Assembly (NCBI GenBank): GCA_900617105.1
Contig: UYFQ01000068.1
Coordinates: 1-64,000 of the forward strand
Origin: Hydrurus foetidus
Lineage: Eukaryota
DNA: 64,000 nucleotides
Reading direction: 5' to 3'
This document shows, piece after piece, positions 24,819 to 34,548 of this stretch. The first letter of the stretch is position 1; every line of letters starts with the position of its first letter. The notes under the pieces were generated by a model, which had not been told where the DNA came from, ran no database searches, and saw nothing but the letters and a program-made list of their open reading frames with translations. Position numbers and translations under genes: made by a program.

Positions 24819-26948
24819 CTACCTGAGGAGAGTAAAGAGAAACTCAACAGGGTCAGAGAGGTGCTACCCATCATCCCGCTAGTGCTGATAGATGAGATCA
24901 GTAGCATGGCGGATTCATATTTTTCTCGCTCAAGTCGGTTACCTCGCGCATATCTCGAAGCAGTGGTCAGCGAGGCAATCGCAGCATCGGATGAGCAGTA
25001 TGGAATCGATGCAGCGGTAGCATGGGCAGGTGGCTACACCTTCCCGAGAGCCATGTTGTTGAGCGACATGAAGTGTTTTCAGGCTGCCCAACTGGACCTA
25101 GTGGTGATGGTACGCCGGAGATTGAAAATCTTATCCGGAGACAGGCTTAGTAGCGCGAGAGTGGAGCGCCTAAGGTCAGACAATCCCGAGAGGGACCTCC
25201 TTCATGACCTAGCGATTGGCATGCGAGTACCCCTGCCGACTGACTTTGTGCCGAACGGTACCCAACCATCAGCAGCCTTGAGGAGTACGTACCTGAAGGT
25301 AGACACCGCAGTGAATAAGATGCTTGGCAGTATTGTGGAACAGAGGTTGGCATTCCTATTACCAAAGGATTTAGCCGTACAATGCATACCCAACCTGCAT
25401 CTCGGAGCTGCACATTGGACACCCAAGAAGGGGAAGCCTAGTGGGAGGCCAATAGGAGACCTCACCTACGTTACCGGGACTCCCCTGAACAGTGAAGAAA
25501 CCACCACAGCTGCAGCAGTGCGATATGGTGTGATCAAGCACCCGACCATCGCAGAGATAGTGCGCATGATGATGTCGTTTTGGGAGAAGGCTGTGGAGTC
25601 GAACGCAGCAGTGCAGTGGAGTCATCTACGCCTTTGGAAGATGGACCTGAAAGGAGCGTACACTCTTCTTTCGTTTCGTCCTGAGGATGCCGGCTTATTC
25701 GGTATGGAAGTCACCGGCGGCCTAGTCTACTTACAGATAGCTGGTATATTTGGATGGGCATGCACGCCGGCTGCCTTCCAAACTATCACTCGAGCCATCA
25801 AATGGGAGCTCTCGCACAGTCTGAGAAGCTCCATTGAGATGTACGTTGATGACATCATCGGCGTATGCTTCGAAGAAGATCTCGCGGAAGATCTCGTACG
25901 TGCCAGGGGAGTATGTACGGACCTACTCGGATCCTCGGCAGTGGCAGATGATAAGACAGAGTGGGGAAGGCGACTGGATATCATTGGCTTCACGGTCGAT
26001 CTAGACCTAATGAGTGTCACTATCTCGCGAAAGAATTTTCTTAACACCCTATACGGCTTCATGTCGATCGACCTGGAGGCACCTATTTCGCTGCGTGTGG
26101 CTCAAAGGCTAGCATCGTGGGGGAGTAGATACGGGTCAATATGTCGAGCCATGCGGCCATTTAGTGCGGCCCTCCATAGGATGGCCGCAGGGAGAACCAC
26201 ACGCATGTCAACTTTTCTCGTGAACAGTGAGGCAAAGTTAGCTATCCGGCTGTGGCGCACCATGTTGGTGCTTGTACGTTTCGACGAGGAGAGGTACAGC
26301 AGACCAATGCAGTCGTTTGTCAAAACGATGCCGGAGTACATCGTCGAGTTTGATGCCTCCCTATCCGGAGTGGGTATTCTATGGTATAAAAGAGTCAATG
26401 GCGCTGAGGTGTGTCTGGGTGGCAGCGCAGTGAGTCTCCGCGGTTTAAGTTTCGAGGGCGACTCCTCCTATCAGAATCTCTGCGAATTTATCGGCGCGAT
26501 GCTTGGGCTGGCCGGCTTAAGCAAACTCGGTATCAGAGGAGTAGACGTAACGATGAGGGGAGACAGCATTTCTGCCCTCACGTGGGTGAGCACGGAGAGA
26601 TATAGAGGCGTGAATGTCTCGAACGCCTCCATGGTGTTTACTATGCTCTGTATTAACCAAGAGTTAATCGTCAAGGAGTCTGTACACATACCTGGCAGTG
26701 ATAATGGCAGATGTGACGCACTCTCTCGTCTGTGGGAGTCGGGGAAGACTATGAAAGAAGTGATGACGAGCATCGGACTTGAGAATAGCAGAGAGGTGGA
26801 CCTCCAAGGTTGTCAGCATGTTCAAAACCTCCTCACAAGTTGCGACCCGTCCATTAAATTTAATGCAGAAGCGGATTTCCTCGGTTTCTGGGGGGCGTCA
26901 GGGACGCTTTGGAGGGGGTGGTCAACGGAGTGTAGGGTAGGGGGATAG
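24819..26948 (+). CDS. ORF2, reverse transcriptase + RNase H (in frame with ORF1 after a single TGA)
   Basis: RT motifs DLKGAY, IFGW..TP, YVDD; RNase H motifs EFDAS, CEF, GDS, HIPG..N..DALSR. The extreme C-terminus is probably shifted by a G-run indel near 26890. Confidence 0.92.
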   Translation, partial: LPEESKEKLNRVREVLPIIPLVLIDEISSMADSYFSRSSRLPRAYLEAVVSEAIAASDEQYGIDAAVAWAGGYTFPRAMLLSDMKCFQAAQLDLVVMVRRRLKILSGDRLSSARVERLRSDNPERDLLHDLAIGMRVPLPTDFVPNGTQPSAALRSTYLKVDTAVNKMLGSIVEQRLAFLLPKDLAVQCIPNLHLGAAHWTPKKGKPSGRPIGDLTYVTGTPLNSEETTTAAAVRYGVIKHPTIAEIVRMMMSFWEKAVESNAAVQWSHLRLWKMDLKGAYTLLSFRPEDAGLFGMEVTGGLVYLQIAGIFGWACTPAAFQTITRAIKWELSHSLRSSIEMYVDDIIGVCFEEDLAEDLVRARGVCTDLLGSSAVADDKTEWGRRLDIIGFTVDLDLMSVTISRKNFLNTLYGFMSIDLEAPISLRVAQRLASWGSRYGSICRAMRPFSAALHRMAAGRTTRMSTFLVNSEAKLAIRLWRTMLVLVRFDEERYSRPMQSFVKTMPEYIVEFDASLSGVGILWYKRVNGAEVCLGGSAVSLRGLSFEGDSSYQNLCEFIGAMLGLAGLSKLGIRGVDVTMRGDSISALTWVSTERYRGVNVSNASMVFTMLCINQELIVKESVHIPGSDNGRCDALSRLWESGKTMKEVMTSIGLENSREVDLQGCQHVQNLLTSCDPSIKFNAEADFLGFWGASGTLWRGWSTECRVGG

Positions 26949-27133
26949 GGAGGGATGGGATGAAGGGGGATAGAAAGGGATGGGATGAGGGGCGGAAGGG
27001 GATGGGAGAGGGTGAAAGAAGCAGGGATGAAGGCATAGGAGACGCTGTAACTGATGTAGCCTCATTACCACTCGATGTGGGTGGGGAACAAATACTAACA
27101 GTTACATTATCCCTACACGCTGTTTTGAAACAG

Positions 27134-28331
27134 GTCACTCAGGACTTACGGCCGAGGGTAAAGCTGTACTAGGGGACTTCCTGAGGAAGTCGGTCACAAC
27201 GGGAACAGCGAAAACATACGATGGTCAGTGGCATGGGTGGTGCGAATTCATCGACAACATAGAATGGGGGAAGGACCCATACATGAGAGAGGAGCGTGAG
27301 GATGATAAGGCGGCGCTAGTGGCTTTGTACCTACAGAGTCGGTATGATAAGGGAGCCCGTGGCAAGAGTGCGACATCAGTCACAGCTGGTCTGCGGCACT
27401 CCTTCATGACAGCACTTCTGCCATGTCAATTCCTGGACTCACCTATTATTGTAGCAGCTCGGACGGCATGCAGACTGAGCACGACAGAGCTACGGGAGAA
27501 AAGGAACGAGGGTGCGAGTACCAGTGTGAAGCTCCCCTATGCGAGAGCATTCTGATCAGGATGAGGCACCGCTTATGGGTGAGTTGTGGGTGGGACCGGG
27601 GGGGGATAGATCAGAAGATGATCTACCTGGCAGCGATGTGGGCGTACAATATGGACGCACGGGTGAGTGAGTACACGGCACCGGAGAGAGGGGGCGAGGA
27701 CCACTGTGTACGAGTGGGCGACCTAGATTTCGAGATGGTGTGTGGGGAAAGAAAGAAAGGGGGGCAGATGCTGCCTGGGTCAGAGTCAGTAGTCGCCTGC
27801 TGGGTGAAGGCATCATCCCAGAAGACGGGCTCATTTATGAAAATGAAGCTGATAGGGAGAAGGACCCCGGAAGAGGGTCAGTTCCTGGATGACCTCATAA
27901 GCTGGGTGACTCACTCAGGGGTGACTGAAGCTGACAGACTCTTTTCTCGGTACACTGAGCTTAAATGCGGAAGAAGGTCGAAGAAAGAGCTCACTGCGAG
28001 GATGATAAGGGACCAGATAAAGGAGACGTGCGCACTGGAGAACCTACCAGCTGAGCATTTCTCAAGTCACTCATTGCGCAAGGCCGCTACGACTCACATG
28101 CGGGCGCTTGGAGCATCGGAGGAGGATATGAGAGATAGAGGAGGGTATGCATCCGGATCGAGGGTGATGACATACACCTATGACTACTCGTCCGCGGGCC
28201 ATGGGCCACTCTCCTCGAATGCACTAAACGGAGGTGCCCGCCCTGATGTTCAAGACATCCTGCGGTTCATACCACAAGCAAGGAACACGGACAGGGCTCA
28301 CCTTGGACTGTTGGGTGAAGGTGATCGCTAA
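27134..28331 (+). CDS. ORF3, tyrosine recombinase (N-terminal binding domain + catalytic domain; 1-nt frameshift in C run near 27537)
   Basis: Catalytic residues R (DARVSEY), K (SQKT), HxxR (HSLRK), RGGY and Y (MTYTY). The N-terminal frame LGDFLRKSVTTGTAKTYDGQW..W continues through ORF 27283-27555; adding one C gives KLPLCESIL and joins the two parts. Confidence 0.88.
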
Positions 28332-28729
28332 CCTAGACCAGAACCCAGACCCACCGGTTGGCTGAGTAAGATCGAGCCGGCGGTGTTGGAGTCTTGGGGG
28401 AGGCGCCTGGGCACACTAGTGCACCCTAAGTAGGGCAATTCAACGGTAACTAATGCAACTGCCCCACATGAAATAGTAAGTACGTACGTTCCACTTTGTA
28501 TCGACGGCCTTTTAGAGGCGCACGGACATCTTCAGTGACGTACAGACATCGCAACTGAGCATGAACGTACGTACGGACAGGGTGTGAGATCGTACGTACG
28601 TACGTTCAAATGTGAGAATGTGAACGTACGATCCGTACGAAACGAAGATTGTGAATCCGGGTATGTACGTTCTAGACCGTACATACCCATATGCGAACCA
28701 GAGGGTCGAGACCGTGTAGAGAAAGAGAA
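28317..28729 (+). repeat. split direct repeat B1
   Basis: 413 bp; matches 29210-29622 with two substitutions seen (attgtgaatcc vs atcgtggatcc). Confidence 0.95.
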
Positions 28730-29117
28730 TTAAGTGACGCCGGGAACTTGTGCACTTGCGGATTGGGTTCTCTGGATCGAAGTCGGATCGGAACCGGTGC
28801 GAGCCGCTCCTTTTCAGATCCAAAGTACAAAAGGCTTGTATACGAAATTCCTTGCGAAATTTTGAGAGGTAGAGTACAGGACAGAACACAGAGCGGATGT
28901 AGATGTAGAACACAATACAACACCTGTTTTCAGTTTTGTGTGCGCACGCATACTATACGGTTCTGTACACATCCCACTGAGTGTTTGTCGCAAACTTTTC
29001 AGTTTGTTGCAACTTGTGGTGCAAGTCTTCGGTGTATATACTTAGTGTATTTAGATTGAATATCATACAGTTTTAACACGTTTTCTTACTGAATCTTTCA
29101 AGTTAAAGAGATTTTTC
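28730..29117 (+). repeat. split direct repeat A2
   Basis: Copy of 22694-23082, directly abutting B1. Confidence 0.95.
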
Positions 29118-29209
29118 ACCCCGTAGCCAGCCATACCTATCATGTTGTTTTGTTGTTGTTTTTTTTTGTTATTTTGTCTTGCCCGACCACTACTGTGCCC
29201 GGGAGGGTC

Positions 29210-29622
29210 GAAGGTGATCGCTAACCTAGACCAGAACCCAGACCCACCGGTTGGCTGAGTAAGATCGAGCCGGCGGTGTTGGAGTCTTGGGGGAGGCGCC
29301 TGGGCACACTAGTGCACCCTAAGTAGGGCAATTCAACGGTAACTAATGCAACTGCCCCACATGAAATAGTAAGTACGTACGTTCCACTTTGTATCGACGG
29401 CCTTTTAGAGGCGCACGGACATCTTCAGTGACGTACAGACATCGCAACTGAGCATGAACGTACGTACGGACAGGGTGTGAGATCGTACGTACGTACGTTC
29501 AAATGTGAGAATGTGAACGTACGATCCGTACGAAACGAAGATCGTGGATCCGGGTATGTACGTTCTAGACCGTACATACCCATATGCGAACCAGAGGGTC
29601 GAGACCGTGTAGAGAAAGAGAA
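29210..29622 (+). repeat. split direct repeat B2 (element right end)
   Basis: Copy of B1 ending ...gaaagagaa, followed by unique DNA. Confidence 0.95.
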
Positions 29623-29909
29623 CCGCAATTTTAACGCATCTCAGCCCAAGCACGCAGCAAGTAAGTACAGACAAGTACGCACCGTACGTCTTACGTACAG
29701 CAAATTTACGCACACGTATTTCGTGCGGTTTCACAAAGAGACGAATCTGACTGCGACTGAAACATTGAAGATTGAACGCTTTAAACCAACACATTACTTT
29801 CAGTGGCTCTTAGTCTGTCATCTCGTGAGAGGCGAAAGATCAACTGTCAGAATCTCATTGTAAGACAATTGCGTGATTCAAAGTTGCATTAATCATCGAA
29901 ACTGCTCAT

Positions 29910-32900
29910 ATGTCGACGTCTCCTTCAGGTAAGCAAGAAGTTAGTCTTTTTCAGTATGTAGACATGTACTCCGCTCATCCACAGGATCAATTCATCTTGG
30001 CAGGCAAACGGCTGCCGCCGATGTTGATGAGCGAGGTGCCGAATATTCCTGGAATGAGACGTGATCTCGCAGCGTCTCATCCTAATCTTGTGAAGCAGTT
30101 TAAGGTCATGCATCCAGAAATCTTCGAGTCTAATCAGTCAATCACAGGATCAGGAAGTTATGACAGATCAGTACGGGATAACAACCAAGGATTGATCCCA
30201 ACAAGAGTCTCTATGCAAGGCTGGGAAGCTGCGCCTTTAGGAATGGGTGAAGATAACTTTTCTCAATCTGGATCATTCTACGATCCATCAGGTTCCTTTC
30301 AGAATTTGAAGGAATTGACTCTGAGCGTGCAATCATTCCCACAGCAGGCAGACTCTTTCAGTGACATCAGTGGGAGATATAGTCTGAGATCTCAGCAAAT
30401 GGACCGTAGTATGAATGTGAAAGCACTGCCGTATAGTAATTTAGAAACTGTCCCACACTTCGTAGCAAATGGGAAAGAGCCAGTATGTAGAGTATTAGCC
30501 TATTTCATCGAGAAGGTGCCGTATAATGAGGTGGAACAAGAGAGGGCAAGGAAAATGGAGTTGATATTTTACTTGGAAGATAGCACATTAGAAATTATCG
30601 AGCCGTACATTCCTAACTGCGGAATCATACAAGGTATAAAAAACTTTAAAAAAATTATAAATCTTTCATAAATAATTCAAACTGCACGACCGTATTAGAA
30701 AATGCTTGTAAGAAGTGTTAAAACTCAGAAAATTTTCCTCAATCCTTCGGTAATGTTAAAAGTTGTAATGATATGTGAGGATAAAATTATGATGCGAAAT
30801 ATTTTCTCACTTACTGCTTGTAACTCATCAATAATTTCTGAAATGATGTATAAAATAGAACAATCCTTGTTTTATTCATATGAATTCATTAAGATTATAT
30901 CCAAAATTAGAATTCTCTGACATAAAAATATTCGTAGGAAGAATGTTGCGCAGATCGAAAGTTCTCAAGCCACCCTTGTATCGCAAGAGACAGGATGTAG
31001 GGTCAGATGGAAGTGGAATTAAACATCCACTAGACAGCAGTGCAGAGTATTATACAGTCACAGATGTCTATGCTGGTATGTAGTTTACTTTATCTGTGTT
31101 GTACTTGAACTTTATTTGGATTGAATTAAGGTGAATTGAATTGAATTGAATTTGGTTTCATTTATGTCTGAGTAGTCTGTACTGTACTCATAATGCGTAC
31201 GTGCACCAGTACATTATTCACTATTTATTATTCGCATGTTCTTTATATTTTTCTCGAGGATATTCTGTGCTTAGAATATTTTTGCTCTCTACGTACGTAC
31301 ACAATCTTTGTCTTCGATGATGCTCCTTCACTTTAAATTAAAATTTAACAATTTGCACACCTCGCTAAAATTTACTCAAAATTTTCAATTTTACAACAGG
31401 ATCGAAGCTCTTGATTTTTCAGAAAGAATTCGTTGTCATAGATTGTGACACTTCTACTAAAAAGCTACTCGCGGAACATGGAATTCCCTTTGGGGACGTT
31501 CTTTCTCCGCCTGAAAGTCTGTATGACCCAAGGGCTTTGCAGAGGTAAGGATCCAGTACCTTAGATTACAGATTTTTGTGTACTCGTCTTTACTTCGCGT
31601 TCTCTGTCTAAGCTTGACTTTTTATCTTTCTTTTGTTTTACTTCGATGTCGTTGCTGTGTAGAAGAACTTCATTAGAAAAAAGTTCTAATAGCATTTCTT
31701 CACATATCAATTTATAAAATTACTTTCTTTGTCTTTTTTGTTTTCTATAATCAGTCTTGCAGCAGAGGAAAAACAAAGACAAGTCAAGAGCAGAAGCCCT
31801 AAGAAAAGTACAGGTAAACTGCCAATATGTTGTGTGTTGTGACGTGATGTGTTGTGATGTGATGTGTTGTGATGTGATGTGATGTGATGTGATGTGTTGT
31901 GATGCTTTATGTGATTATTTTTATTTTTATTTTTATTACTTTATGCAGTAAATAATTATGTGGCATAAGACAAAATGTGAATTATTGAGTGTAGCGAAAG
32001 AAACTGATTCGAATGCAAGATGGATTTAATAGAGATAAATGAAATAAACTAAGGTGAAGTGAGATAGGATAAGGTGAAGTGAGATAGGATAAGATAAAGT
32101 GAGATAAGATAAGGTAAAGTGAGATAGGATAAGATAAGGTGAATTGAGATAGTATTGGAAAAAAGGAAACAAACTGTAATGTGACATTGTAGGATAGAGT
32201 AGATTTAATTAAATAGGAAACAATGAAGTCGAATAGAATAACACAAAGAATCCCCTGCACTCAATTTATTCGAATCGACAAAATTTATTATATTTTCCAT
32301 CGTAGGATTTTTTGAATTTGACCGTAAGGTACTGCGGTTCTACGGCATGTGGGACACGTCAGCCCAGATGTTCGGTGACTCTCTGCACGTTAGATTGCAT
32401 TACTATTTATCGGACAATACCATGGAAGGTTAGTGAGTGACAGACTAATTTGTGTGTGTTGATCATTGTATTTAGCATCCGTAATTTTAGTGATATTGAT
32501 AAAATGATAATATATGATAATTTAGTAGTAATAATAAAATACAATAATTATATTGATGATAATAATAACTATAGTCACTGTAGTAACACTAACAATGATA
32601 ATGACAATAATAGTGGTAGCGATAATGGGTTATACAGATGTCTAAGAATAACTGTCAGTATAGTAGCTGTCAGCATCATCTCCATGAAGTTGCATTACCA
32701 ACTATGCGACATAAAGAGTTCATCTTTTCATCGTTTATATCTACAGATACGTAACCGGTAACATTAAGTAATTATCTACTGTACAGTCTACAACAAATTC
32801 CATACTATATTACCAAATCTCTTGAACTTTATACGGTATCTGATGAATTCTGCGGATTAATTTGCACATCCCGTACGTTATTTCAGTACTTCCCATCAAA

Positions 32901-34485
32901 GGTCCGTCTGAAGGCAGAGACAGAGTGCCCCGATATCTCAAGAAAACACATGTACTGACTAACACAGAGGGATACAATGCAGGTAAGAGAAATCCGAAGT
33001 AGAATGTATTTATACAGATGTCTTCGGTGACAATTTTACGTACATACATCAGTATACAGTGCCAGTCAAAACTGAATGTGAAAGTTTATTTTGCGGGGAG
33101 ATATTTCGTGTTTTTGACAGAGGTCAAAATAACTGTTATTTTGATTCTGCGGTCAAAAACACGAATATGCCGCAAAATCTCGGCACTGTTTAGTTTTGAG
33201 TAGCACAATATCTTGATTTTGAATCCTACAAAACGTTGACATATTCACATGCATTGCGTCTTCTGATGTCATTCAATATTTGTATGGATACATTGCATTC
33301 ATATTGATACGTTCCACACAATTTCAACTCATGTGACATATTTTACATTTTATTTTCTAGATTCCACTTTCCGTCCCGAGTCTTCCACTTCTTCTTATTC
33401 CGAATTGGGACCAGAGACCGTGGGTCCAGATTCCGTACTTCCCAGCAGGTAAGAATTGTCGGGGATCTAATTCTTCTATTTTCTTTTTGATGTATCATCA
33501 GAACAGAAAATAATGTCCTGTTTTTATTTTTACTTCTTGATTTCTTTTTTCTTTTTCTATTCTACTTTTTTTTTCGATCTTTATCCTCAATTTTTCCAAC
33601 CTACATTCACTCTCCCCAACAATCGATTACATACATTTTTCATAACACTACTCATGCCTACAGACCGTATCACTGGACGGACATACAAGTGGGAGACACA
33701 ATAAAGGTTGCCGCATTAAATATCACCATTATGGATGCAGACGGATTCACACGGTCTTTTTATTCGTCCAAACAAATGCCGTTAGCTCCTGCTATCCCGA
33801 TACCGCCTCCTGTCTATCCAGAAATAGGTACGACACTCTTCTTTTTTCTGTTAATTTTGGTTTGTTTTTTACTCTATCCAAATCTGACATATATATTTTA
33901 AGTTTTACATTACGTAACTTTTTAGTATTCTCAATTTACAATTCTATTCCGCCCTTCTATTCGTCTCATTTTTATCTCAAATAATGCTTTCGAAAAAGGA
34001 GTAACTTATCGTTGCTAGATCAATCAATCATTGCGCTGAAACATTATTTTTCCGTGTTCAGACATTTCCGTGCCTCCTCATAACGGATTTGGAAGTGAAG
34101 CCGATTCTATTCAAACGTGCAAAGGGTAAACACATTCTAAATATCTCTAAATATCTCTAATGCTTTCTGTCTCACTCGTCAATCGTTGAACAAACTAAGA
34201 AAAAGAACATATAAAATCGTGAAGAACACTTCCTATTTACCTCAAGGCTTTTCTTGAATTTTTCATGGTTACCTTAATCGGTGTAGTTTGTATCTTTTTG
34301 TGTTCAGTACTGCCACATTTTATTCAATACAATTTACGCAGCACATTAGTTAAGGTTGATACGCATCTCACAGTATTCGTCATACACTTTTGACTCTGAT
34401 AATCAAATGCATCGTGTACACCAAGTTGACCTAATGCAATAGCAAACTAACTAACTAAATAACTAACTAACTAACTAACTTACTC

Positions 34486-34548
<63 letters not shown>

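Larger units (their letters stand above)
22694..29622 (+). mobile_element. tyrosine-recombinase (DIRS-order) retrotransposon with split direct repeats, Ngaro/PAT-type architecture
   Basis: Layout A1(22694-23082)-gag-RT/RNaseH-YR-B1(28317-28729)-A2(28730-29117)-spacer-B2(29210-29622). Internal DNA is much more GC-rich than the host. No TSD and no methyltransferase domain seen. Confidence 0.95.

Noticed and set aside
26700..27130. DNA adenine methyltransferase domain typical of DIRS1/PAT elements
   Set aside because: No DLFA or NPPF/PP-type motifs, and no room between RNase H and the recombinase.
28317..28520. Hammerhead ribozyme in repeat B
   Set aside because: Stems exist, but I could not place the CUGANGA and GAAA core in the correct geometry.
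22662..29863. Short ORFs duplicated at 22662-23023, 28512-29059 and 29405-29863
   Set aside because: They are incidental frames within the non-coding A and B terminal repeats.
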